A DNA stretch of 39,985 bases from Nemertoderma westbladi. Taxonomy: Eukaryota; Animalia; Xenacoelomorpha. Both the position numbers and the translations under genes were made by a program. This document shows positions 12,576 to 23,644 of the stretch, piece after piece; within the stretch, counting starts at the first letter, position 1; each line of letters opens with the position of its first letter. The notes beneath the pieces were generated by a model. It saw only the letters and a list, made by a program, of their open reading frames with translations, had not been told where the DNA came from and did no database searches. The DNA is taken from assembly GCA_032718475.1 (NCBI GenBank), contig JAUCBJ010008044.1:1-39985 (forward strand), written 5' to 3'.

Positions 12576-13597
12576 ATGATATTACTTTGATTTATTCTAA
12601 GATAATTCCAAATGGCTTCCCGGTGGTTTGGGCTTGGCAGTAGTGTCGGTGTGGTATCAACTCAGTTTGATTGTGGTGGTGGCTTGTCTGCACATCGATG
12701 GAGTGGTGTTGGCATAAAATAGTTGTAACGCTTGTAGAACTACGTTATCATTGATTCAGAATAATGGTTGTCTAGTTTTAGCATAAAATTAACATCCTTC
12801 TTCTGTATTGTGGATTGTTACCACTTATGGTCTACTTGGACTTGACTATGATGAACTTTTGAGACCGTGAAGATGTGATATTTTTATTCGGTTTTCGGCC
12901 TTTGGACTTCCAAGGAAGGTATTACAGTATACAGATTAACTCTTACAGATTACCAAGAGTGCCAAAATCCAAATCATGATAAATTAGTGCTGCCTAGATT
13001 TTAATTGTCACTTCAGGTCAATCAATAATTACTCCTTGTTTGAACTGTATTTGTATGTTACTTACTTCTATATGGGATGTGGTTACGCACAGGTGACCTG
13101 CTGTGAAAATCAAGTACGTAATAGGGAAGGAGTGGACGTTAATATAAATGAATTGAATGTCTTTGTCTTTTTCTCGTAATAATATTGCATCCAACAATAT
13201 AGGCCTAATCGTTGCAGGTTACATATATTATTGTAATACTATTAAGTCATCGAATTTTCACGCAATGCCATTGCCAAAAAATCATCATTCAATACTCGTT
13301 CCAGTGGAATGGATTGAATAAATACACTAATCTTGCACTACTTGTGACATGTAATCTACAACAATAATAAAATTGAAAATAAGTATTATAAATAAATAAA
13401 TAACATAATTCTTATCAACACGGCACTAGTAGTCTATACGATACTGTTGTAAAATTATCTTAATGTTATATATTTTTTTACATGAAATATTATAATTTAA
13501 ACAAGTGCATGATATTTTATACTGTAATTGACAATAGTATACAAAATACTTTTGTTACATTATGTCAACTTATCAGCGATCTTGTGAATTACTCGTA

Positions 13598-13962
13598 AGG
13601 CCCCCCCTCACACGGAGAAACTTGCTTCTGCAACTTGTTACTGAAACTTGTTGCTGTGCCCCATCACACACAGAAACAAGTTGCTGCCACTTGTTTCTGC
13701 AACTTGTTACTGAAACTTGTTGCTGTGCCCCCTCACACACCGAAACAAGTTGCTGCAACTTGTTTCTGCAACTTGTTACTGAAACTTGTTGCTGTGCCCC
13801 CTCACACACAGCAACTTGTTTCTGAAAATTGTTGCTGCACCCCCTCACACACAGAAACTTGTTGCTCAATTTGTTTCCGAAACTTGTTACTGTGTGTGAG
13901 GGGGTCCAGCAACAAGTTTCCGATACAAGTTAAAGAAACAAGTTGCTCTGTGTAAGGCGCCT
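13598..13962. mobile_element. MITE built from 69-bp tandem units
   Basis: Ends AGGCCCCCCCTCACACGGAG / CTCTGTGTAAGGCGCCT flanked by TA...TA. The internal 69-bp period appears as a 23-aa repeat in the ORF track. Units contain the hairpin GAAACAAGTTGC-T-GCAACTTGTTTC. Superfamily uncertain (Harbinger-like ends). Confidence 0.75.
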
Positions 13963-14759
13963 TACGCTGCAAAGTGCGACCTATAGGATGGAACGCTGCA
14001 ATAATATGGAAACAACTTCAATTACCGTATTCCAGAATGTATTGTTTCCATTTATATTTTATTGCCTTCTGCTTTATTATCCAGTTTGGAGTGTTGGGAC
14101 TGGATACTGTATGTAAATAATTGTGTACTGTATCCATTATTTCGAAACGTCCAATAGAAGATATTTTAGAGAAAATGCGCAAAGAAAATGGCGACAGTGT
14201 TCAGTAAAACTGAACGGACACAGCCGATGACTCAGTTTGCTTCAGTCGACAATTATAGTCAAGATGGATTAATGATTTATCACATCCAAGCAGGAGATAA
14301 CTTCTATTAACCTTTAATTAGATTTAAATGTATGATAAAGTTTACGTTGTATGTTAAGTTAAGTGTACCTGTTAATAAATTTCACTTATATTCAAAATAG
14401 TACATGATTAAAATATTTAAAAGAGCATTCATAAAATCCTTTCTTCACAGACCGCACGCTGATAAATTGATATAATGTAACAAAACTACATACATCATTG
14501 CTTGTAAAGGTCACTTTTCTTTGTTAAAGATCATTGTTAATTTATGTAAACCTCCCTCGTTGCGCTCGATCGGTACATAAATAAACTCGGGTCATAACGC
14601 TGCAAAGTGCTGCTTTACACACAATGATGTAAAAAGTTATTAGTGAAGTCACTTAATTAATTTCAAGTAATAATATATCAAAGATTTATTATACGTGTAT
14701 ATTAAACACAAACCACACTATCAGTACTCCTGTACAGGTAGGGCCACCTCATATTAATA

Positions 14760-14887
14760 ATGCCTGTAGGCAAAGACAAGAAATACAGTAAGACTGTCTC
14801 CAAGTCCAACTTCCAGAATAAAAGTTTGGAAAATAAGAAGAAAGTTTCCATTAGCAACCCAAGGAGAGAATCTATATCTGGGCCAGA
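14760..14887 (+). CDS. Probable first coding exon of an unidentified basic protein
   Basis: Acceptor ctcctgtacag| at 14737, ATG at 14760, open frame MPVGKDKKYSKTVSKSNFQNKSLENKKKVSISNPRRESISGP(E), donor GA|GTTAGT (phase 2). The phase matches the next exon. Confidence 0.6.
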
Positions 14888-15173
14888 GTTAGTATCATTA
14901 TTTTAAGATAGATGTCGGCCCGTATTAAAAACACTGTGTACATAACTTACATGGAGAATAATTACTAATTGTCCCCTTACATACTACCCGGTTTACCATT
15001 TGTTCAACTTATAAACCTGATTAGTACAGTTTATTAAGGAAGGTTTTAATTAATAAAGTTTACTATTCGCGGTACCGTTCTGATGATGCACAACTTGCAT
15101 TTTCCGAATAAGTGACCTTAGTAAATTGTAATAAATGTAATAAAAAAAATATTAAGTAACTTTATGCTTATAG

Positions 15174-15366
15174 GAAAATTAACATAGAGAGGAGACGACG
15201 GTTAGGAAGCATTAGCACCCAACTTACTCCTCATTTAGAGGAGTTGTTACTTGAGAAGAAGAAAGAACAACAGGCAGCAGAAGAGGAAGCTGCCGGTAGG
15301 CCTAGCAGAGAGTACCGTCGCAACAGTCTGCAGTTAGCTGGAAGAGGTTTAATACGAGCATCGAAG
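15174..15366 (+). CDS. Probable second coding exon of the same unidentified protein
   Basis: Acceptor tttatgcttatag|G completes the GA+G codon. 64 open codons: KINIERRRRLGSISTQLTPHLEELLLEKKKEQQAAEEEAAGRPSREYRRNSLQLAGRGLIRASK. Donor AAG|GTTAGA (an alternative CCG|GTAGGC lies at 15295). Purine/GC-rich relative to the flanks. Confidence 0.65.
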
Positions 15367-15857
15367 GTTAGAGACAATGTAAAGTGTCAAAAAAATTAAC
15401 CAATAAATCAGGGGCTGTCAAAGGGGGGGCAATGACCCTGGGCGCTGGGCGCAAAAGGGGGCGCAAGAAATTTATGCAATAATGTACATAATGTGTTTAT
15501 GCACTCAAACTTGAAATTTTATTGTAATTCATACATTTTTTATTGATAAACTTGTGAACTACAGTAGAAACTTTAAGGTAAGTAACTCTATCCTTGAAAT
15601 ACCACAAACACAAAGTACAATAAATTGCATGATGAGCTATTATCTCAATTCTGTATTCCACATCTGGAAGAGTCTTAGGAACCCGGGTCCGAACCGAGGG
15701 GGCGCAGTGCTCCCACTTTTATCAGTTAGATATTGAAACATTGCCCCCTACAGGTAGTGCTGTAGTGGGGTTATCTCCCCTATAAAAATATTGTTCAAAC
15801 TAATGAGTGAACCTTGACAACCTTCAAGAAATGTCTGATCGTGCCCTTACGAGCCCA

Positions 15858-16073
15858 CGTGCTCCAGTGATGACTTCTCCTACTTGGGAATATGGATCTG
15901 GAAGTCAGGTGAAAAACTTCGGATACGTTGATACGGATACAGCATTGAATAGTAAGTCCATGATTTGGAAGTCCCAAGATTCGATTATTTACGACAGCAG
16001 TAGAACCAGTACTCGTACATGGGAGTCTATGCTGGGCTCTAACTGCAGAGGATAACAAATCGCAGGATGTCAC
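15858..16073 (+). mobile_element. Degenerate RTE-clade LINE fragment
   Basis: DDFSYLGIWI..SG..LRIR motif, plus nucleotide similarity to the reverse complement of 3385-3612 (cagcagtag..ccagtactc...gggagtc.atgctgggctc). Confidence 0.7.
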
Positions 16074-16392
16074 AGTCAATGGAGCTCGAACGAGCTCGTG
16101 TATTATTCGCATAGATGGGATACCACAATATTTAATTATAAAATCATTGCACCAGTGAACGTTTGTTTGTAATTTTTGTTTTGTTCTGATGTAATATGGT
16201 TTTAGGGGGTGCGTTATTCGTTTTATGTTCTGTTCAAAAAAAAAAAAAAGGAGAGAAAGCAGTAGCATAGCTAGTTTTGCCTCTTACCTTCTTTTTCTCA
16301 GAGAATCGTGATGTGGTACACCGGTTGGGTTATTATGGTGATGTCGGCCAGTGATCCTGAGTATATTCTGCGATGCCATATATCAGTGCAAT

Positions 16393-16525
16393 TTTTCTAA
16401 TAATAGTAACTTTATTTTAATGTGCCGAAATTTCAGTTTTAAATTTTATTTTAAGTTTATTTTTCTAATAATAGTAACTGTATTGTATTGTGCCGAAATT
16501 GCAATTTTAATTTTATTTTAAATTT
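16393..16525. repeat. ~68-bp tandem duplication in the LINE 3' UTR
   Basis: ttttctaataatagtaact...tgtgccgaaatt occurs at 16393 and 16461. Confidence 0.75.
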
Positions 16526-16694
16526 CGTTTACGTTTTAAAAAAAAAAGAAAAAAAATGTTAGTTCATATATTATTTAGTCATGATGCAAATAGCGTTGAC
16601 GATGACGATGGAGTGATAGCATTACGAAGTTACGAAATTTAGGATAATTTTTATTTATTTTATAATTTAATAGTGATACGCAACTATATTGGAA

Positions 16695-19600
16695 TTAAAG
16701 TTCACTTAACATATGAAGTTTTAATTTTCTAGCTAGTGTGTTTTTTGATTTGCACATTTTAAATTCTGTTTTTAGTGAGTTCCATATGATTGCACCGCTG
16801 TATTTTAGAGAGTTTTGGGTTGATATTAGTCTGGTACGTGGAATAAAGTAGTTTTTGGATGTAGTGGATCGAGTTGTATAATTGTGGATATCTGAAGTTT
16901 GTGTAAATAGGGCCGTTATAAATTGCTTTTTTTTGTTATTGTAAATGTCCCACATAAGTTTTGTTACTTCTAGGTTATATAGATTTTCGATTGGCAAGAT
17001 ATTAAGGTATTTATAGATCGGAATGGAATGAGCTTGGAAGTGGTTGAAGGTTATTGCTCGTATTATTTTATTTATTTTGACACGGATTGGATTTATATAT
17101 TTGTTATAAGCACTTCCCCACAATATTATACCATATAATATATAAGGATGGATTAGCGAGAAATATAACATTTTTAATACTTTTAGTGGTAGTATGTGTC
17201 TAATTTTATAAAATATACCGCATGATTTAGAGATTTTTTTTAGGACGTAAGCACAATGGTTTTTCCAGGTCAATTTATTATCTATCCAGATGCCTAAAAA
17301 TTTTGTTTCAGTTTTGATGTTTATATTTGCATTATTGATCTTGATAGTGTCTGAGGGGGGATTCTTTAATTTATTTGAGAAAATGAGATATTCTGTTTTT
17401 TTTAGATTTAATGATAGTCTGTTGTCTTTTAGCCATTCGTCTAGTTTCTGTAGTTCGTCATTGATAGTGGAAATTAACGTATTTGGGTTTCTGTGTGTGT
17501 ATAAGAGGTTTGTGTCGTCAGCGAACAGTGTAGTAATAAGAGACGTGCAGTTTGGTAAGTCGTTTATATAGAGTAAGAAGAGGGTACTGCTTAGAATAGC
17601 ACCTTGGGGTGTACCACAGGTGGGAGTTAGCGGATCAGAGTTTATATTATTTAGTACAACAGTTTGTGTTCTGTCAGAAAGAAAGCTGGATAGAAGTTTG
17701 TGGGGAAGGCCTCGTATTCCATATTGGTCTAGTTTTTTGAGAAGTATGTCATGGTTTAGAGTGTCAAAGGCCTTCCTTAAGTCGATAGATATTAGGCAGC
17801 ATGAGTCCTGTGAGTCTAGAGTTTCTCGAAGTCGTTCAGTCACCGTTAGTAGAGCATCAGTAGTTGTTGATTTTTTTCTAAAGCCGTGTTGTGCATCTGT
17901 CAGTATTGAGTATTTATCTAAGTAGCTTAGTAGTTGAGTATTTATTATACGTTCGAAAATTTTACTAAATAAGGGTAGTACGGAAATCGGTCGATAATTG
18001 TTTCTATCTGTTGGGTCGCCTGATTTGAATACTGCAGTAATTTTTGCGTTTTTTAATATTTTAGGAAAGAACCCGTTTTTTATTGATATGTTAATTAAAT
18101 GTGTTAAATGTGGGGCTAGGTCGTATGCTATGATTTTTAATATTTTAGTTGGAAAAGGGTCGTTTGTGGAGCAATTGTTGTCTAAGTCTAGTATGTTATA
18201 TATTACTTCAATATTTGTGGTTTCTGATAAATGGAAGGAGTTTGATTTGCGATGGCTAATATAACGTATTGGATTTCTATTAGTTTTTGGAATTTGTTCT
18301 GCTAATTGGGGACCAATATTTGCAAAGTGCTCATTGAGGTTGTTGGCTATAGATTTTGTATCCGTTATTGTTATTTTTTGGCCTGTTATAGTTGATGTTA
18401 TTATTTTTTTTGGAGAATTTAATTGTTTGGATCTATTTAGTGCACTATTTATAGTTTGCCAAGTTTTTTTTGTGTTGTGCTTGTTTTTTTCAAATTCCCT
18501 TTCGAAGTATTTTTTTTGTGCTTTTCTCAGAGTATTTGTAAGTATGTTTCTATATTTTTTATAATGTTGTTCTTTTTCTGGAGTTGGGTGAGACATAAGC
18601 GATGCGTATAGTCTATTTTTCATTATAGTAGACTGTACAAGAGAAGGGGTCATCCATGTTTTTTTTGGTATCTCTCGGGGTTTTAATAACTTTTTTTGTA
18701 GATGTTTGTTTGTAATTTTCTCAAGGTCTTTGTAAAATATTTCAAATTTCTTATCTAATTGAATTGAGTCATCATTGTACGTCCAATTCTGATTATTGCG
18801 TATGTCTAATATGAAATTGGTCGGGTTAAATTTTGAGTAGTCATATATGAATTTTTGTGTAGGAGGTGCGAAAAAATGTGAGTATTTATGTACAATAACA
18901 AAGGTTGCTAAGTGGTCTGTGGTGCCGAGTTGTCCAGTAAAGACACCAGAGGATAGTATTTTGTCTGATATGTTAGTAGATATGTGGTCTAGTAAGGTTT
19001 TAGAGTATGGTGTAATTCTAGTAGGTTTGTCAATTAGTTGCTCGAGCCCATTAGATTCAAGAGTTTGTATATAGTTATTGGCTGAGTTTGAGCGTTTTAG
19101 TAAATCAATGTTGAAGTCACCAGTAAGTATTATGTCTGTTTGTTGTTGGTTAATTGTAGCTAGTACTGTATTTAGGTTGTCAATAAGGTTAGTAATGTTA
19201 CATGTGTCAGGTCGGTAGATAGTGCCAATGAGAAGTTGCTTTTCAGAATGAGAGGAGTTTGGTATTCTAGAAATAGTTGCCCAAGTTGATTCACAGTCAG
19301 GTATTGTAAGGTCTTTCCGCTCAGTAACGTTAATCCCTTTCTTAGTGTATATCGCTGTACCCCCTCTGTTTTTCTTGCCAACAATCCGGTTCGTTAATAG
19401 AGGTTGAGAGTAGCCGTCAATCTGTAGGTAGTTCGTGTTGGTTTCGTCAGTTAGAAAAGTCTCAGTGAGTGTTAGTATGTCAAATGATTGAGTCAGAGTA
19501 GATAGGTAATCAGTTATTGAAGTAAAGTTTAGATTCAGGCTACGACAGTTTATATGAAAGATAGATAGCGTATCACTTTTGGTAAAGGTATTATTAAATT

Positions 19601-19961
19601 TAATTTCATCGTAGTACTGGCAGTTTGATTTGTTGGAAGTAAGATTTATATCAGGATCAATACTTATAAATCTATTATTTAATTCATTGAAATTTTCTGG
19701 CAATAAAATATCATCATCATCGTCATCGTCATTATTAGCTTTGTAAAAAATATCTTTATCGTCATTAGAAATAGTGGAAAATGGAAAAATGTTATGGAAA
19801 CAAAAAATACAGTAAAAATCGGAATCAATTGAAATGTCAGCACATGTTCCACATTGGGTGTGGTAAGAACAGTTACATATGGTACAAGAAATTATTTTTT
19901 CGTTTTTAAGGAATTTGGTAAAACAGAAATCGCAAGATATAGCCTGGCCACTGGATGGCAT
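16695..19961 (-). CDS. LINE ORF2: PHD finger + AP endonuclease + reverse transcriptase (1088 aa)
   Basis: N-terminal CDFC...CTIC..YH..C...YCIFC (C4-H-C3). APE motifs: HINCRSL, LTET, GGTAIY, IYRP, GDFNID, LLDH, TDH. RT motifs: NYRPIS, QHGFR, DLRKAFD, GTPQG, FADDT, KFLG. No stops. Confidence 0.95.
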   Translation of the reverse strand: MPSSGQAISCDFCFTKFLKNEKIISCTICNCSYHTQCGTCADISIDSDFYCIFCFHNIFPFSTISNDDKDIFYKANNDDDDDDDILLPENFNELNNRFISIDPDINLTSNKSNCQYYDEIKFNNTFTKSDTLSIFHINCRSLNLNFTSITDYLSTLTQSFDILTLTETFLTDETNTNYLQIDGYSQPLLTNRIVGKKNRGGTAIYTKKGINVTERKDLTIPDCESTWATISRIPNSSHSEKQLLIGTIYRPDTCNITNLIDNLNTVLATINQQQTDIILTGDFNIDLLKRSNSANNYIQTLESNGLEQLIDKPTRITPYSKTLLDHISTNISDKILSSGVFTGQLGTTDHLATFVIVHKYSHFFAPPTQKFIYDYSKFNPTNFILDIRNNQNWTYNDDSIQLDKKFEIFYKDLEKITNKHLQKKLLKPREIPKKTWMTPSLVQSTIMKNRLYASLMSHPTPEKEQHYKKYRNILTNTLRKAQKKYFEREFEKNKHNTKKTWQTINSALNRSKQLNSPKKIITSTITGQKITITDTKSIANNLNEHFANIGPQLAEQIPKTNRNPIRYISHRKSNSFHLSETTNIEVIYNILDLDNNCSTNDPFPTKILKIIAYDLAPHLTHLINISIKNGFFPKILKNAKITAVFKSGDPTDRNNYRPISVLPLFSKIFERIINTQLLSYLDKYSILTDAQHGFRKKSTTTDALLTVTERLRETLDSQDSCCLISIDLRKAFDTLNHDILLKKLDQYGIRGLPHKLLSSFLSDRTQTVVLNNINSDPLTPTCGTPQGAILSSTLFLLYINDLPNCTSLITTLFADDTNLLYTHRNPNTLISTINDELQKLDEWLKDNRLSLNLKKTEYLIFSNKLKNPPSDTIKINNANINIKTETKFLGIWIDNKLTWKNHCAYVLKKISKSCGIFYKIRHILPLKVLKMLYFSLIHPYILYGIILWGSAYNKYINPIRVKINKIIRAITFNHFQAHSIPIYKYLNILPIENLYNLEVTKLMWDIYNNKKKQFITALFTQTSDIHNYTTRSTTSKNYFIPRTRLISTQNSLKYSGAIIWNSLKTEFKMCKSKNTLARKLKLHMLSEL

Positions 19962-20832
19962 CAGTGGTATAAATATTTATAAATCAAAAAATGGAGGGAC
20001 ACAAATAAACGTTCAAGTTCAGTACTGTAGGTGAAGGCTGTGTGCAACTAGAGTTAAGCTACACCAAGCACAATCTCTGACAATGAGACCCATTAATGAG
20101 TAGACAAGACACAACAGTATATTCGGGTTTTGGTATGGAGCAGCCGTATAATGTTATAAGACTTAAAGTAACTTAGCTTAATTCAGGTAGTTGAGTTTCC
20201 GTATTAAACATGACCCAAATATAATGTTATATATATAACATTATTATATAATAATATATGCAAATATATTGTTACCGTAATAAATAAAGCCGTCAAGTTA
20301 CCGTATTAAACAATAAACATAGCGCAAAAAAAATATGTTTAACGTAATAAATATAGCTGTAATAAGTATAGCTATTGAGATTACATAATGTATATAGGCA
20401 AAATAATTGATTATTATAGTAAGTATATTATCTTTTAGACATATAGTGAAGTGATATTACCTTCAGAACTACGTAATTATTTCGCTTCCGATATCTTTTT
20501 AAAAAAATATATATGGATATTACTTTCAGAACTACGTAATTATCTCGCTTTCAATATCTTTAAAAAAGAATATATGATAGTCTAGGGATGTCCTGGAATT
20601 TTTCAGAACTACGTAATTATCTCGCTTTACATGTTATATTAAAACCTTAAACTGGTGAGGATATTCCTAAGTTCGTCGATTTCAATAAGGAACTAACTAA
20701 TTTGATATATTCTTCGAAAATTATAGCATGAGTTCGGTACCGGTACCGGCCCGGTAGGGTAAACCTATATAAAATCAATCATATGTTGTACAGTAAGTGA
20801 GCCAGTGAAGGCATGGCAACTTTTTAAATGTT

Positions 20833-21552
20833 TCAAACCTCATTGCAAAGTTTCGTGAGGTCTCCCATTGATAGTAAGCGGCGTATGGGGCTATCTTTAC
20901 CGACCTTTATCATTATGTCTCCGTTGTAGGAATACGCAGAGTGGATACGATTTGTTTTCTTCAATTTTAGGGCAGCGTTTAGGATCTCGGCTCTGGGTTT
21001 AGTTAGGTGCTCGGAAATGAATATATCCTTGGGTAGTAGCGATCGGTTTCGGAGCGCGACAATACGTGTACTATGCCCAAAGAAACGGATTATAAGAGGG
21101 CGGATTCTACCTGGGGCCTGTTTGTTCCTAACGCCGAGACGATGAAATACATCTACTGAGTTTATATCGACCGAAATAGTGGATAGTAAAGAGATCAGAT
21201 TACGTCGTTCTTCGTCTGCGTTTCTCTGTTCAGGAATTCCACGTATTAGAATATTATGTCGACGTATGTATTGCTGTATTCCGTCTTGTTCGGATTCAAG
21301 CGCGATACGTCCTGTTGTTGTAAGGTTGTTGTCACTAATTATATCTTTAAGTTTTTTTACGTCCGTAGTGAGAGACTCGTTGGTAGACATAGCGTTGTCT
21401 AGCGCATTTTCTAGGGTTTGTACCTTATTAGTAAGTGCAGCAATGAGTGCAGTTTCGGAGCTAACCTTTTTCAGATCGCCCCGGATCTCGTTCAGTGCGG
21501 CGATTATTTGCGGACCGACATTATTCCACGTCCCGGTTGGTATCGTTGTCAT
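20833..21552 (-). CDS. LINE ORF1, L1-like (coiled coil + RRM + CTD)
   Basis: Heptad-rich N-terminus, followed by QYIRRHNILIRGIPE, HRLG, RPLIIRF, IFISEHLT and YSYNGDIMIK. Confidence 0.9.
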   Translation of the reverse strand: MTTIPTGTWNNVGPQIIAALNEIRGDLKKVSSETALIAALTNKVQTLENALDNAMSTNESLTTDVKKLKDIISDNNLTTTGRIALESEQDGIQQYIRRHNILIRGIPEQRNADEERRNLISLLSTISVDINSVDVFHRLGVRNKQAPGRIRPLIIRFFGHSTRIVALRNRSLLPKDIFISEHLTKPRAEILNAALKLKKTNRIHSAYSYNGDIMIKVGKDSPIRRLLSMGDLTKLCNEV

Positions 21553-21995
21553 GGTCGCTATAAGTTCGATTATATATCGAGTGGCGGTGTGGTTTATAGC
21601 TGTCGTTTTGATGTTGCCGATACCGCAATACCGTTGATATTGATAATTAGGTTAGATAGATAGGGTCACACTGCCAGACTGCCTAGGCGCAGCAGTACAT
21701 TAGTAAGCACACATCAGTACACAGCACACAGGACACAGTACAGGTTTTTGGTGATTTATTATATATTACTAATTGACAATTCATTTAAAGACACAGTGTG
21801 CTCGGATGTACTGGGAACTACTTACGGTCGCGGTCACCAGAGCAAACTCTGAATCACTTAATGAATTAACTACATACAGTAATACATAAATAATAACTCA
21901 AGTTATCCTGTAGCTGATTATGAAACTGTAACCTGTTTTGGTTATAGTTACAAGCCACTGTAAGAGTAACCTGCTCAAGTACTTGTATTTTGAAG

Positions 21996-22140
21996 GTGTC
22001 AACCCCCTCCAAATCGATCATTGCGGTTCCAATGAGCCTAAAGACAATGCAATAGGTGTACCAGAAGTTGGTCACCAGGAGGATAGAAGGCACGCATGCC
22101 ACATAGCCGCATCAGTTAAAACCTTCCACTCATGTATGGG
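21996..22140 (+). CDS. Possible internal exon of unknown product
   Basis: Acceptor ttgtattttgaag|G, open frame GVNPLQIDHCGSNEPKDNAIGVPEVGHQEDRRHACHIAASVKTFHSCMG, donor GG|GTATGG. No recognisable homology. Its phase fits only the alternative donor at 15295. Confidence 0.3.
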
Positions 22141-23644
22141 GTATGGCGCCTCTTAGGCTAAACTCTTTCAAATTTTCTGAAGATTTCTTTGCCATGTTTT
22201 TGCGCTATTTGAAACATTATTTTGAGGTACGGTACCTCATGTAATTCTATATTGAAATCTCTCTATATAGCATTCCATGGGTACCTGCATACATTTTATA
22301 AAAAAAAATAGGTTTTTACCAAGGACTACTATACTACAGGACTGGCACACCCCTTCATCCGACTTCGCTAGCGAAGTCCATTGGTTTGGTATTGCTTTAT
22401 ATTGTTATAGACATTGTTATCAAAGGATTTTCATGAAATTTAGTACACAATCGTAATTATTAATAACATAATATATTTTGGTGTCAAGAAATAAAGGACG
22501 AGCACAGCGAGGCATGTAACAAAGGAGACGAGTGTAGTGTACCAACTATTCTTTATAGTCTTGAACGACCGTGTTTAGTACATTGTGCGACATATAAACG
22601 ATACGAACAGTATCCCTATCCCAGGGTAATGTCATGACACAGATGATAACGGATTCAACTAGCGGTAAATTGTCTATACAATATACATACATGGACCTCT
22701 CTATATATTCTTTATCTCTGGTCATTTACTATCCTAGCAGTTCTCAAGCCAGGTTCCAGGTAACCACCACCACCCCCCCCCCCCCCTTCCCTCCCCCACT
22801 CCCAACCGCCATTCTGATATTAGGCCTATTACTTTATAGGGTTATTATTATTAGGTACTTTATATTATTATTAGGTTCTTACTTTATATTACTAGTAGGT
22901 AAGGTACTTTATGTTATTACTTTATTATTTATTACGATTGCCGACCCAATATTCCCCACCCCTGGGAAACTAGGCGAATCAATATCCCGCCTCAATGTTA
23001 AATTCTCAATTTAGGGAAAGGAGCAGGTTACAGTGGCACGTTATTTTAAACAAAACAATAAACTAAACATAATATAACAGGTTACAGTTTTATTTTTGAG
23101 AGTAATCAGCTGTTATTTGCGTCGAATTTCCCCTGGAGAGGGATGAATTTTTATTGCGTCCAGTTCCCCCCCCCCCCCCCTTATTTTGTCCCCTTCCCGT
23201 TATTCGGAGGAATTTAGTTTGTGCCTGTGTGCTGCCTTATCACCAGAATGTGAGTCGCGCCGTTTCTGCCTTTCCATAGATCGCTTTTGTACTCCATTAA
23301 GAAGGGTGTTTGCTAGGGTACAGCAAGCAGCTATTGGTGGCAGTTGGGATATACCGTAATAGACCGCAATAATGTGTATTACTTGAGTTAGTTGTTTGTA
23401 GTACCGTATAGGTATAGTTCCATCATGTACAGCATCCACCCATGTATACTTCCTTATGGAAAAAGAAGAGCAATACTTGGAACTGCGATAGTTTCACAAA
23501 AATGTCAGTACGCGACCGTATCCTGCAATTCCCTTTAGCCACGTAGAAACAACAGGCAGGCAGGTTCAGTCAGCTGCAAAAAGCCCCCAATTATATCTCA
23601 CTCCATGCACTCATTGAGTAACTGAAGTTGGCGTTCCTCAATGG

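Larger units (their letters stand above)
16075..21860 (-). mobile_element. Apparently full-length L2/Crack-like (CR1-group) LINE
   Basis: Intact ORF1 and ORF2 in the same orientation, an ~870-bp spacer, and a ~600-bp 3' UTR with stem-loop-like motifs. Boundaries are approximate and no TSD was identified. Confidence 0.8.

Noticed and set aside
13562-13955. Cys-rich, metallothionein-like ORFs
   Set aside because: Artefact of a 69-bp tandem repeat inside a MITE; open in several frames on both strands.
15565-15583. Micro-exon ending in the strong donor AAG|GTAAGT
   Set aside because: Both available acceptors give an immediate stop in the phase required by the 15366 donor; no support without RNA data.
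15409-15750. hAT-like MITE starting CAGGGGC
   Set aside because: No matching right terminus or TSD could be identified.
17290-19074. Plus-strand ORFs within the first LINE (also 21179-21637, and minus-strand 24677-24880 and 25397-25615 in the second LINE)
   Set aside because: Antisense shadows of the long LINE ORFs.
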